Shown in pieces: positions 30,284-40,219 of a stretch of DNA of 64,000 nt (position 1 is its first letter; every line of letters starts with the position of its first letter). The DNA comes from Spirochaetia bacterium. GTDB taxonomy: Bacteria > Spirochaetota > Spirochaetia > WTKD01 > G963693115. The notes beneath the pieces were generated by a model. That model did no database searches and was not told the DNA's origin. It saw nothing but the letters and a program-made list of their open reading frames with translations. The DNA is taken from assembly GCA_965226055.1 (NCBI GenBank), contig CBDDCA010000006.1, positions 768,001 through 832,000 on the forward strand. Direction: 5' to 3'. A program made the translations under genes and the position numbers.

Positions 30284-33200
30284 ATGTATCGTGAAGTAAG
30301 TACAAGAGTACAGTTTGCAAAAATAGAAGAAAATATATTATCTTTTTGGAAACAACAGAATATTTTTAAGAAATCTCTTGAGAAAAATAGAGGGAAAGAA
30401 GAGTTTGTTTTTTATGATGGTCCTCCTTTTGCTACAGGGCTTCCTCATTTTGGGCATTTTGTTCCTAGTACAGTAAAAGATATCATTCCTCGATATCATA
30501 CTATGAAAGGGAAGCATGTGTTGCGAAGATTTGGTTGGGATTGTCATGGTTTGCCAGTGGAGTATGAGGTAGAGAAGGAAATGGGACTTTCTGGGAAGAC
30601 TGATATTGAGAAGTTTGGTATTGCACAATTTAATGAACGTTGTCGAAATATTGTGTTACGCTATACATCTGAATGGAGAGAGGTTATTGAGCGGCTTGGG
30701 AGATGGGTTGATTTTGACAATGATTATAAAACAATGGATCTTCCTTATATGGAATCAATTTGGTGGGTGTTTAAGACATTATGGGATAAAGGATATATTT
30801 ATAAGGGATTCTATATTCTTCCGTATAGTCCGTTGCTTGCTACCCCTTTGTCTAATTTTGAAGTGAATTTAGGAGGCTATCAACAGGTATACGATCCATC
30901 GGTTACTGTGCGTTTTAAGGTACAAAATGCACACAATGAATTTTTTCTTGCATGGACAACTACTCCTTGGACACTTCCTTCTAATCAAGGGTTAGCAGTA
31001 GGAGATGAAATTAAGTATGTAAAGGTACAAGATAAAGATGCAATCTATATTTTAGCTGAGGAGCGCCTTTCTTATTATTATAAAGATGCATCAGAGTACA
31101 GTATAGTACAGCGATATCAAGGGAAAGATTTAGTGGGATTGTCCTATGAGCCGTTATTTCCTTATTTTAGTGATTTGGCTTCACAAGGAGGGTTTGTTGT
31201 GCATAGTGCTGATTTTGTGAGTACTGACGAGGGTACAGGTATTGTGCATATGGCAGGAGGCTTTGGAGAAGATGACTATGCTATTGTTTGTAAGAAAGCA
31301 GGGCTTCCTGTAGTATGTCCTATTGATGCGGAATGTAAATTTACTAATGAGGTTCCTGATTATGAAGGGATGTTTGTAAAAGATGCTGATAAGCCTATTA
31401 TTCAGCGCTTAAAAGAAGAAGGAAACCTTGTAAAACGTGAGCAATATTTACATAATTATCCATTTTGTTATAGAACAAAGAAACCGCTTATTTATAGGGC
31501 GGTAAGTTCTTGGTTTGTTGATATAGCAAAAATAAAGCGGAAGATGATACAGGCAAATAATACAATTACGTGGCAGCCATCACACTTAAAACAGGGGCGT
31601 TTTGGAAAATGGTTAGACAACGCTCAGGAATGGGCTATATCGCGTAATAGATATTGGGGCAACCCTTTACCTGTATGGATGAATGAGGATGAGTCTTGCA
31701 TTGAGGTTATTGGTTCTGTAAAAGATTTGGAAATGAAATCAGGACAAAAGATTGATGATTTGCATAAACACAAAATAGATGAAATAACATGGGAAGCACC
31801 AAACGGAAAAGGTACAATGAGGCGTACTCCTGAGGTGTTAGATTGTTGGTTTGAGTCAGGAGCTATGCCTTATGCTCAAAATCATTATCCTTTTGAGAAT
31901 AAGGAATTTTTTGAAAATAATTACCCTGCCGATTTTATTAGTGAAGGATTGGATCAAACAAGAGGGTGGTTTTATACTCTTACTGTATTGTCTGCTGCTT
32001 TATTTGATGTCCCAGCATTTAATAATGTTATTGTAAGCGGTTTAGTGCTGGCTGAAGATGGCAAAAAAATGAGTAAGTCTGAACGTAACTTTACTGATCC
32101 TGTGGAAGTGATACATACTTTTGGTGCAGATGCTCTTAGATTGTTTCTTATGAATTCTTCGGTACTAAAGGCTGAAGACTTAAAATATTCTGATGAACAG
32201 CTTAAAGAAGAAACAAAACGTTTTTTGCTTCCATTGTGGAGTGCGTATAGTTTTTTCGTAACATATGCCAATATAGATGGGGTAAGGCCCAGTACCTTAG
32301 ATGATTTTGTCGCAAAGAATCCTCTTGATCAATGGATACTCTCAGAACTGTCATTGCTTATAGAGACTGTAGATCGCTGTTTAGATCAGTATACTATTTT
32401 AGTAGCATTAAAAGCGTTATATAATTTCTTAGATATATTGAATAACTGGTATATTAGGCGTTCTCGAAGAAGGTTCTGGAGAAGTATAAATGATTATGAT
32501 AAGATTGAGGGATATGAGTGCTTATATCGGGTACTTATAAACTTTGTCATGCTTACTGCCCCTATAGTGCCATTTATCAGTGAGGAAATTTATCAGAATC
32601 TTAAAATAGAAGGAATGCCTGAATCGGTGCATTTATGTGATTTTCCTACACCGATATATGCAAGAGATGTCGATTTAGAACAACGTATGTCTTCGGTACA
32701 AAAAGCTGTATTTTTGGGAAGAGGAATACGAAGTATGTATCAACTAAAAAATCGGCAGCCTTTAGCTACTCTGTATATTGTTACGAGAAATATGGAGGAA
32801 CGAATAGCGTTACAAGAAATGGAAGATATACTCAAAGAAGAGCTTAATGTAAAAACAGTAGTGTTTCGTCAAAATGAAGAAGATCTTGTTTCGTATCAGG
32901 TAAAAGCTAATTTCAAAGTGCTAGGAAAGGTGTTAGGAAAAAATATGAAGCAGGCAGCTCAGATGATTGCTTCTCTCAATTCTAATCAAATTCAGTCATT
33001 ACTAGAAGGGACTACTCTCACTATTGAAGTAAATGGTCAGGAAGTAGAATTACATAAAGACAATGTTATTGTGGACAGGCTTGAAAAAGATAATCTTAAA
33101 GTATTAAACGAAGGTTCTATGACCGTTGCACTTGATCCTACACTTACGTTAGAGTTACAACAAGAAGGCATTGTTCGAGATATTATTCGTTTAATACAAA

Positions 33201-33436
33201 TACAACGAAGAGAGCAAAATTTTACCATAACTGATAGAATAAAATTAGAAGTAACATTAAATGATGATATGTATATGTCTGCACTTGAATCTTTTAAGTC
33301 GTATGTGATGGAAGAAACATTGGCAGAGCATATTGTGATAAGTAGAAACAAGACATCTGACTCTTTTGTCTCTACTATGTATGATGTAAACTCTGTATCT
33401 ATTGAAATTGGGATGAAAAAAATACATGAAGCGTAA
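30284..33436 (+). CDS. ileS: Isoleucine--tRNA ligase (type 2)
   Basis: DGPPFATGLPHFGH, GWDCHGLP, AWTTTPWTLPSN, SRNRYWG, EGLDQTRGWF, KMSKS, WYIRRSRRRFW. Confidence 0.98.
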   Translation: MYREVSTRVQFAKIEENILSFWKQQNIFKKSLEKNRGKEEFVFYDGPPFATGLPHFGHFVPSTVKDIIPRYHTMKGKHVLRRFGWDCHGLPVEYEVEKEMGLSGKTDIEKFGIAQFNERCRNIVLRYTSEWREVIERLGRWVDFDNDYKTMDLPYMESIWWVFKTLWDKGYIYKGFYILPYSPLLATPLSNFEVNLGGYQQVYDPSVTVRFKVQNAHNEFFLAWTTTPWTLPSNQGLAVGDEIKYVKVQDKDAIYILAEERLSYYYKDASEYSIVQRYQGKDLVGLSYEPLFPYFSDLASQGGFVVHSADFVSTDEGTGIVHMAGGFGEDDYAIVCKKAGLPVVCPIDAECKFTNEVPDYEGMFVKDADKPIIQRLKEEGNLVKREQYLHNYPFCYRTKKPLIYRAVSSWFVDIAKIKRKMIQANNTITWQPSHLKQGRFGKWLDNAQEWAISRNRYWGNPLPVWMNEDESCIEVIGSVKDLEMKSGQKIDDLHKHKIDEITWEAPNGKGTMRRTPEVLDCWFESGAMPYAQNHYPFENKEFFENNYPADFISEGLDQTRGWFYTLTVLSAALFDVPAFNNVIVSGLVLAEDGKKMSKSERNFTDPVEVIHTFGADALRLFLMNSSVLKAEDLKYSDEQLKEETKRFLLPLWSAYSFFVTYANIDGVRPSTLDDFVAKNPLDQWILSELSLLIETVDRCLDQYTILVALKALYNFLDILNNWYIRRSRRRFWRSINDYDKIEGYECLYRVLINFVMLTAPIVPFISEEIYQNLKIEGMPESVHLCDFPTPIYARDVDLEQRMSSVQKAVFLGRGIRSMYQLKNRQPLATLYIVTRNMEERIALQEMEDILKEELNVKTVVFRQNEEDLVSYQVKANFKVLGKVLGKNMKQAAQMIASLNSNQIQSLLEGTTLTIEVNGQEVELHKDNVIVDRLEKDNLKVLNEGSMTVALDPTLTLELQQEGIVRDIIRLIQIQRREQNFTITDRIKLEVTLNDDMYMSALESFKSYVMEETLAEHIVISRNKTSDSFVSTMYDVNSVSIEIGMKKIHEA

Positions 33437-34301
33437 TATATATTTTTCTTTGGTACTGCTCTTTGTTATTATTGTGTCAACTATAGGTTGTGCTTCTTCT
33501 GAGAAAAATGAGGAGACAGTAGAAGTTCCTATAGCTACTGAAGTGAAATTACCAAAGAGTCCTTTTTATAGTGGCTTTTCTTTATATGCTTTTGTGCAGG
33601 ATTCATCTCTTATAAAGAAAATTACAGCAGAAATATTGAAGAATGTTAATATTGACATTACTTTATTTGGGAATCTCATTAGAAAGATATATGTAAATAA
33701 GATAGACGATGATTTTTTAGTGTTTATTGAGGCTCGATTTGACAGTCTTGTCAGTAAAAAAAATATATTGAAAGTAAGCAGTATGCAGGCTATGGGGGTT
33801 GATGGACGATTATGGTCGCTTTCTGATCCAGAGTATGATATGCTTTATTTTGATATGCAGTATAAAAATGTAGTTGCAATTACTAATATTGATCCAGAGC
33901 TATACTTACATTTGCTTTTTGATTGGACGCTTAATGATGCTATTAAAGACACTGTTGATACAGAAAGTGGTTTTTGGCTTCATGGAAAACTTGATTTTAC
34001 TGATAAATTTTTGTTTGATAGTGGTTTTTCTCCTGAGTGGGGATTCATTACTTCTAATGGATATGATGCAGCAGGTTACTTGCTTACCACTGTTGCCATT
34101 CCTTATTCGGGCTTACGAAAGGATTTAGCAACTATTAAAATAATACTTCCAGCAATACTGGATAACTTTGATGTACGAGAAAATACTTCTCTTCCATTTA
34201 TTACATCTGTTGATACGACTATGATTATTGAGGGAATTCATATATCTCCTAAAAAAGTAGATGAATATATGGCATATATTACAAATTTTTCGTATAATTA
34301 G
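33426..34301 (+). CDS. Hypothetical lipoprotein
   Basis: MKRNIYFSLVLLFVIIVSTIG-C lipobox. Overlaps the ileS stop. Confidence 0.75.
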   Translation: MKRNIYFSLVLLFVIIVSTIGCASSEKNEETVEVPIATEVKLPKSPFYSGFSLYAFVQDSSLIKKITAEILKNVNIDITLFGNLIRKIYVNKIDDDFLVFIEARFDSLVSKKNILKVSSMQAMGVDGRLWSLSDPEYDMLYFDMQYKNVVAITNIDPELYLHLLFDWTLNDAIKDTVDTESGFWLHGKLDFTDKFLFDSGFSPEWGFITSNGYDAAGYLLTTVAIPYSGLRKDLATIKIILPAILDNFDVRENTSLPFITSVDTTMIIEGIHISPKKVDEYMAYITNFSYN

Positions 34302-34318
34302 GGGGTATTACATCTTTT

Positions 34319-34930
34319 ATGGTATTAGTGGTTGATTACGGGGCAGGAAACCTTGCTTCAGTAAAGAATAGTCTGGAATATTTAGGATATACTCCTCTTA
34401 TTAGCTCAAATAAAAAGGATATTCATCGTTGTACTCATATTATTGTGCCAGGCGTTGGTGATGGTTCGTATATGATGCAATGTTTGTATGCGTTAGGATG
34501 GACAGAAGTATTGATTGATTGGGCAGCAAAAGGAAATCCTCTTCTTGGTATTTGTGTTGGTGCACAAGTGCTGTTATCGTTTACTGAGGAAGGATCTCGT
34601 GATTGTTTGGATATTATTTCGGGTCATTGTAAAAAATTTAAGGCAGAACATAAACATGATAAAATACCGCATATGGGATGGAATACTATACGCTTTACAC
34701 AGGAGAATATTCCTTTATTAAGGGATATACAAAATGGAACAAATATGTATTTTGTTCATTCGTATTACTTATCTACTGAAACAGAAGATTCTACTCTTGC
34801 GTATACTGATTATATTGTTTCTTTTTCTTCTATCATAGCAAAGGAATCTGTGTTTGGAGTACAGTTTCATCCTGAAAAATCTGGTGCTAGTGGGTTGCAG
34901 TTACTACGTAATTTTTTGTCATACTACTAG
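34319..34930 (+). CDS. hisH: Imidazole glycerol phosphate synthase glutaminase subunit
   Basis: DYGAGNL, PGVG, GICVG, PHMGWN, YFVHSY, QFHPEKSG. Confidence 0.97.
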   Translation: MVLVVDYGAGNLASVKNSLEYLGYTPLISSNKKDIHRCTHIIVPGVGDGSYMMQCLYALGWTEVLIDWAAKGNPLLGICVGAQVLLSFTEEGSRDCLDIISGHCKKFKAEHKHDKIPHMGWNTIRFTQENIPLLRDIQNGTNMYFVHSYYLSTETEDSTLAYTDYIVSFSSIIAKESVFGVQFHPEKSGASGLQLLRNFLSYY

Positions 34931-34989
34931 ATTTACATTACTAAATATAGTACAATATTACTACTTATTGTGAAAAAAGGAGGATAGTA

Positions 34990-35652
34990 ATGATTATGAG
35001 AGGTATATTACAATCTTCATTTGAGAAATATAATGAAATTGAGGAAAGAATCAAAGAGATAAAAGATAGTGAGCCTTTTAGGTCATGTAATTTTGAAAAT
35101 ATTAAAAGTGTAAAGGATGCCATAGTAGATTACTTAGAAAAAGAGAAAAATGTAGAATGTGAAATTTCCTCTGTTCCTACAAGAGAGAGTATATATGGTT
35201 CTTATGGGAGATTACAGTATCAACCGGATCCTAATACTGAGGATCATGAAGGAGCTAAAGTTAGTATAACATATGTTTCAGACGAGAATGAGAATGGAAA
35301 TAGAGTATTTACTCTCTTACATGAGTTTGGACATCTTATATTACATATTTTTCCTAATCAAGCTCAAAGAAGTACTGTGGTGGATAGAGAGCATGGGGTA
35401 GAAAAGTCATTGGTGGAAAGGGAAGCCGATGTGTTTGCGTCCATTTTTTTAGTTTCTCTAAGAGAAGTCGCTGAGTTTATTTATACTGAAGCAAAGAGAA
35501 ACGAGGAAGAAGGTGTCCGTATTAAAGATATTCTTGAAAACTTTAAAGACAGAATACCTAAAAGTGTTATGAAACTATCTTTGTTTGAAGAGGAGACTGC
35601 CATCAAGGACTTAATTCGTGAGCAAGAAAAAGAAAAACGCGAAGCCTCATAA
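34990..35652 (+). CDS. ImmA/IrrE family Zn metallo-endopeptidase (no obvious N-terminal HTH)
   Basis: RVFTLLHEFGHLILH (HExxH) followed by EREADVFASIFL. Strong SD AAGGAGG. Confidence 0.85.
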   Translation: MIMRGILQSSFEKYNEIEERIKEIKDSEPFRSCNFENIKSVKDAIVDYLEKEKNVECEISSVPTRESIYGSYGRLQYQPDPNTEDHEGAKVSITYVSDENENGNRVFTLLHEFGHLILHIFPNQAQRSTVVDREHGVEKSLVEREADVFASIFLVSLREVAEFIYTEAKRNEEEGVRIKDILENFKDRIPKSVMKLSLFEEETAIKDLIREQEKEKREAS

Positions 35653-36514
35653 TTATTTTTTCTGTTTTTACTCAATAGATATTGTTGATTCCACAAGCCT
35701 AAAGTTATTACATGGTCAAAAAAAGTGGATGGAGGATATTCAAGATCTGAACGCTAAACTTCAAGGTTTGGAAATACCGTTATGGAAGTTTCTTGGAGAT
35801 GAATGGATTTTTTGTCAAAAGATACACAATATGTGTCAGTTTATGAAATATTATGATAATTTTCAGAAGATTATAGAAGTAACAAGTGATTTTGATCAGT
35901 CAGTGAGAGGGAGAATATGGATTATTGAAGAGGATGAAGATGTGTTGACAGAAATTGATAATGGGAAAAATAGGAGTAGTAATGCCGATGATGATAGTAT
36001 GTATTATAAATATGATAACAAGGATGAAATACAAGATTGGGTGAGTTTTTATTTGGACATAGGGTTTCGTTTTGGGAAATGTTGTAATGCATATGATATA
36101 GCAGTGTCTGTAGAGGTAGCATTTCTTCTTGCTTCAATAGTAAAATTAGATAGTAAGTTTTGTTTAGAATTACACTTGGATCATGAATACTATAAAAAAC
36201 TAGATAAACACCCTAAATATAGTCAGTATTCTGATAGATTGAAAGAGATATATGATTTTTGTCGGGGATTTGGAGCACAAAAACGATTTATGTATGCAAA
36301 AGAATCTAAATTGAAAGGGTTTCCCAAGTCGTATGCAAATATTATTCTTGCAAATAAAGGGCTTCGTGAAGAGTATCAAGAAGATATGTTACAATATGAA
36401 GAGGTTGATTTTGAAAAGATATATGCCTATACATCTCGTTTTATGAGAGAATCATTTGGACAAGAAAGACTTGAGTTGTATAGAGATTTATCAAAAAAAT
36501 ATCCACCTCTATAG
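35618..36514 (+). CDS. Divergent class III adenylate/guanylate cyclase-like protein
   Basis: SIDIVDST (first metal Asp), LWKFLGDE (K..GD, second metal Asp), QDWVSFYLDIGFR (aligns to D..G..VN.A.R). GTG start overlaps the peptidase gene. Confidence 0.6.
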   Translation: MSKKKKNAKPHNYFFCFYSIDIVDSTSLKLLHGQKKWMEDIQDLNAKLQGLEIPLWKFLGDEWIFCQKIHNMCQFMKYYDNFQKIIEVTSDFDQSVRGRIWIIEEDEDVLTEIDNGKNRSSNADDDSMYYKYDNKDEIQDWVSFYLDIGFRFGKCCNAYDIAVSVEVAFLLASIVKLDSKFCLELHLDHEYYKKLDKHPKYSQYSDRLKEIYDFCRGFGAQKRFMYAKESKLKGFPKSYANIILANKGLREEYQEDMLQYEEVDFEKIYAYTSRFMRESFGQERLELYRDLSKKYPPL

Positions 36515-36634
36515 TAGTGCTAAAAATTTTTTTTATTTTTGCTCGTACTATTTCGTTTTTCTTTGCTAATTTGCTATACTAGTAATAGTTTCTATGCAGT
36601 ATTGTATACTATGTAGAAAAATAGTACTTGTATT

Positions 36635-37402
36635 ATGTTAAAAAAAAGAGTGATAGTATGTCTTGATGTGTGTAAAGGAAAAGTAACAAAAGGCATTCGA
36701 TTTAAGAATAATAGTGAAATAGGTGATCCTGTAGAGCTTGCTCAGCATTATTATGAGGCTGGGGCAGACGAGTTAGTGTTTTATGATATTACTGCGTCTT
36801 TTGAACAGAGGGCTATCATGATACATATTGTGAAGGATATAGCAAGACATATATATATACCTTTTTCGGTGGGGGGAGGCATACAATCGGTACAGGATAT
36901 GCATAACTTACTTTTGGCTGGAGCAGAAAAAGTAAGTGTTAATAGCTTAGCGGTACTTAATCCAGCTATTATTGATGAAGGAGCAAAGCATTTTGGAAGT
37001 CAATGCATAGTGTTGGGGTTGGATGTATTAGCAGATGCGTTAATGCCAAGTGGGTATAGGGTTGTTATTCGAGGAGGGAGAGAGAAAGTAGATAAGGATG
37101 CTTTGGCTTGGGCAAAAGAGGCTGTTAATCGAGGGGTAGGGGAGATTGTACTCAATAGTATAGATGCAGATGGAACAAAGGAAGGCTACGAGTGTGTGAT
37201 AACACGTTGTATTTCAGAAGAAGTGACTGTTCCCGTAGTAGCTTCTGGAGGAGCTGGTATCCCCGATCATTTAGTGGAAGTATTATCTTCTGCGAAGGCT
37301 GATGCTGCTTTAATTGCATCGATGGTGCATTATGGCACTTACAGTATTGCTGATATAAAGGCGGCTCTTAAGCAAGCTGGCATCCCTATTAGGGAAGAAT
37401 AA
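36635..37402 (+). CDS. hisF: Imidazole glycerol phosphate synthase cyclase subunit
   Basis: KRVIVCLDV, GADELVFYDITAS, VGGGI, GAEKVSVNS, NSIDADGTKEG, ASGGAG. Confidence 0.97.
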   Translation: MLKKRVIVCLDVCKGKVTKGIRFKNNSEIGDPVELAQHYYEAGADELVFYDITASFEQRAIMIHIVKDIARHIYIPFSVGGGIQSVQDMHNLLLAGAEKVSVNSLAVLNPAIIDEGAKHFGSQCIVLGLDVLADALMPSGYRVVIRGGREKVDKDALAWAKEAVNRGVGEIVLNSIDADGTKEGYECVITRCISEEVTVPVVASGGAGIPDHLVEVLSSAKADAALIASMVHYGTYSIADIKAALKQAGIPIREE

Positions 37403-37541
37403 CGGAGGAAACATACAGTAGGTGGTGTTGCCCATGTACAGGAGTAAGTATTGTATGTGTAGTACAGTATGTATAGTACAATACAGTAGATAGATAAATA
37501 GAAAATGAAGAGAGTATAAAATAGTATAGAAAGGATGTATT

Positions 37542-37904
37542 ATGCCAACATATGATTATCAATGTTCAAGTTGTAATGAAGTTATAGAAATATTTCATTC
37601 AATAAAAGATTCTCCTAAAAGAAAATGCCCTCAGTGTAGCAATTTGACTCTTAAGCGCTTGATATCAGGAGGAGCAGGAGTACTGTTTAAGGGGGACGGG
37701 TTTTATGTGAATGACAGTAAATCTGTGAGTAGTGCTAAAAAAGCGGATGTAAAAGCTGCAGATAAGAAGCCTGATTCAACATCGGGAAGCAATACAGAGA
37801 GTACGCCTAACAAGGAGAAAAAGGAACATTCTTCTTCTGATGTTTCTTCTAAACAGAAAGCAAAGGAAACAAGCACTACAGATAAAAAGAGTAGTGTAAC
37901 ATAG
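37542..37904 (+). CDS. FmdB family zinc-ribbon protein
   Basis: MPTYDYQCSSC...CPQC...FKGDGFYVND plus a low-complexity S/K tail. Confidence 0.92.
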   Translation: MPTYDYQCSSCNEVIEIFHSIKDSPKRKCPQCSNLTLKRLISGGAGVLFKGDGFYVNDSKSVSSAKKADVKAADKKPDSTSGSNTESTPNKEKKEHSSSDVSSKQKAKETSTTDKKSSVT

Positions 37905-37914
37905 AGTATAACTA

Positions 37915-39042
37915 TTGTATATACATAGTTATGTGTATTATTATGCGGGAGTAATTATTAGCATCAGCGAAGCCGTTTATACAATTAAAGATTTTGTTAC
38001 AGAAAAAGGTTACTGTTTCAAAGATTTTCGTTTACATTATACTGTGTATGGCACATTGAATGCACAGAAAGATAACATAGTATGGATACTTCATCCACTT
38101 ACTGCAACAGATGATCCTACAAAGTGGTGGGCGGGTATTGTAGGGGAAAGACATGTGTTTGATCCTAATAGGTACTGTATTATCTGTGTGAATAATCCCA
38201 TCTCACCGTATGGTTCTATTTCTCCTTTGGATATTAATCCTAAAACGCAACAACAGTATTTACATGATTTTCCTTTTATCAGTATGAAAGATTGTATAAG
38301 AGCGTTTGATATATTGCGAGAGCATTTAGAGATTACAAAAATAAGAATAGCATGTGGTACTTCAATGGGAGGACAGTTATTATATCAATGGCTTGTTAGC
38401 TATCCAGAGTCAATACGGACTGCTATTATTATAGCTGCAAATGCAAAAATTTCGTCATGGATGGTAGCCTATAATTATTTGCAGTTACAAAGTATTTATT
38501 CTGATCCATCATGGAAACGCAAGGATATATATGCAGGTAAACAAGGATTAAAGTTAGCACGACAGATTGCTTTTCTTTCTTTTCGTTCTCCTATCATTTT
38601 TCAGCTGTTTCAAAGTGTAAATATGCGACTCTCAAATGAAGCTGACGAGCAGGGGTTTGAAGAACCATTTAGAATAGATGATATGAAAAGGATGGTGAGT
38701 AGTTATTTAGAGTATCAAGGAACAAAATTTCTTGAACGATTTAATATTTTTTCATATATGGGATTGTTAGAAATGATGAATGAACATAATATACAAGGTG
38801 AGCATGAAACTATAGAGAAAGCACTTGGATCTATTAAAGCTGATGTGTTAAAGATTGGTATTGATTCAGATATACTTTTTTATCCGCGTGAAGTGAAATC
38901 TGTGCTTCCATTTATTCCTAAGGTGCAGTATAGGGAGATAAGTTCGGTATATGGGCATGATGCTTTTTTAGTAGAATATAAGCAGATGGAAGATATTATT
39001 ATTGATTATTTGCATCAAATTGATGAGTTTTATTTGCATTGA
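37915..39042 (+). CDS. metX: Homoserine O-acyltransferase (MetX family)
   Basis: YGTLNAQKDN, HPLT, WWAGIVG, GTSMGG nucleophile elbow, DSDILF, YGHDAFLVE. Start uncertain (TTG 37915, GTG 37933, or ATT 37954/37957). Confidence 0.88.
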   Translation: MYIHSYVYYYAGVIISISEAVYTIKDFVTEKGYCFKDFRLHYTVYGTLNAQKDNIVWILHPLTATDDPTKWWAGIVGERHVFDPNRYCIICVNNPISPYGSISPLDINPKTQQQYLHDFPFISMKDCIRAFDILREHLEITKIRIACGTSMGGQLLYQWLVSYPESIRTAIIIAANAKISSWMVAYNYLQLQSIYSDPSWKRKDIYAGKQGLKLARQIAFLSFRSPIIFQLFQSVNMRLSNEADEQGFEEPFRIDDMKRMVSSYLEYQGTKFLERFNIFSYMGLLEMMNEHNIQGEHETIEKALGSIKADVLKIGIDSDILFYPREVKSVLPFIPKVQYREISSVYGHDAFLVEYKQMEDIIIDYLHQIDEFYLH

Positions 39043-39060
39043 TATGTATCGGATAGAAAG

Positions 39061-39759
39061 ATGGATAGTATGCATACGGGGATAGTGTACATTGTTGCTA
39101 GTCCTATAGGTAATTTGTCTGATATAAGCAGCCGTGCATTACATGTATTAGCGGATGTTTCGCTTATTGCATGTGAGGATACACGCACAAGTCGTAAGTT
39201 GCTTAGTCATTATGATATACATACAAAGATGGTGAGCTGTCATTCTCATAATGAGGAATATGTATTTTGTAAAACATTATTACCTATATTACAAAATAAT
39301 CAGTCTATTGCGTATCTTAGTGAAGCAGGAACACCTTGCATTAGTGATCCAGGAAATATAATAGTAGAGAAAGCGTTTGAACATAATATCAAGGTTATAT
39401 CAATTCCAGGGGCAAGTGCTGTTACATCAGTGGTAAGCATAGCAGGGTTACATGGAAAAGGCTTTATTTTTGAGGGGTTTCTTCCTAGAAAGAAGGGACA
39501 ACGTAAAAAAATACTTGAAACATATTTATATATTCAAAAAGCCTGTATTTTTTTTGAATCACAGTACAGGATAATATCGCTTTTGGAAGAGATTACAGAT
39601 ATTGATAAAAGTAGGAAAGTTCTTATTGTAAGGGAAATAAGTAAGGTATATGAGGAAGTAGTGCGTGGAACGGTAGAATACTTACTTGATCTGTATAAAA
39701 CAGGAAAAAAGGTCTTGAAAGGTGAGTTTACAATACTTGTATATCCTGTAAAAAACTGA
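39061..39759 (+). CDS. rsmI: 16S rRNA (cytidine1402-2'-O)-methyltransferase
   Basis: VASPIGNLSDIS, ACEDTR, SEAGTPCISDPG, IPGASA, FEGFLP, REISKVYEE, KGEF. Confidence 0.95.
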   Translation: MDSMHTGIVYIVASPIGNLSDISSRALHVLADVSLIACEDTRTSRKLLSHYDIHTKMVSCHSHNEEYVFCKTLLPILQNNQSIAYLSEAGTPCISDPGNIIVEKAFEHNIKVISIPGASAVTSVVSIAGLHGKGFIFEGFLPRKKGQRKKILETYLYIQKACIFFESQYRIISLLEEITDIDKSRKVLIVREISKVYEEVVRGTVEYLLDLYKTGKKVLKGEFTILVYPVKN

Positions 39760-39787
39760 TAAAATTTATATATGTATTTGTCGATAA
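39760..39787 (+). promoter_or_regulatory. Sigma-28 (FliA) promoter of flgM
   Basis: TAAA (39760-63), 16-nt spacer, GTCGATAA (39780-87), versus consensus TAAA-N15/16-GCCGATAA. Confidence 0.75.
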
Positions 39788-39808
39788 CTAAATACACAAA
39801 GGAATAGC

Positions 39809-40114
39809 ATGGATATTAAAAAAGTTACTTCTGTACCATCAGTTCAACCTATCTCAAAGCAGAAGTCAGTTGATAAAACTAATACAGTACAAACAGAAAA
39901 GCGTAATGATAGTGTTGATCTTACAAAAAATGCAGAGCGACAGGCTTTGTACAAAAAGGCAATGGAAATCATTTCTAATACTCCTGATGTACGTATAGAT
40001 AAGGTTGAATCTGCAAAAAAATTGCTTACAACATATGACAATCCTTCTGATGAAGTGCTTACTGTTGTAGCAAACAAGATTCTTGATGGTTTTTCCTCCC
40101 AACCAGATAATTAG
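39809..40114 (+). CDS. flgM: Anti-sigma-28 factor FlgM
   Basis: 101 aa, DSVDLT..A and PDVRIDKVE...VANKI motifs, preceded by a sigma-28 promoter. Confidence 0.85.
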   Translation: MDIKKVTSVPSVQPISKQKSVDKTNTVQTEKRNDSVDLTKNAERQALYKKAMEIISNTPDVRIDKVESAKKLLTTYDNPSDEVLTVVANKILDGFSSQPDN

Positions 40115-40219
40115 CATGTAATAAAACATATGTAATGCATATACTATATGTATAGTATGAGCATGTAATAGACAAAAAAAGTATACTGTTATTAGATATG
40201 GTATATAAGGAGGAATGTA

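Noticed and set aside
30284-33436. Type-2 (mupirocin-tolerant type) IleRS as an acquired resistance gene
   Set aside because: Type-2 IleRS is the normal form in spirochaetes. It sits in a core operon with an ordinary HxGH motif.
34925-36582. TACTAG on both sides of the IrrE-cyclase cassette as a target-site duplication
   Set aside because: Only 6 bp in AT-rich DNA, with no terminal inverted repeats or recombinase. Expected by chance.
37403-37541. GTA/TAC-rich intergenic region as a CRISPR array or ncRNA
   Set aside because: No regularly spaced identical repeats and only weak AT-rich pairing; low-complexity spacer DNA.
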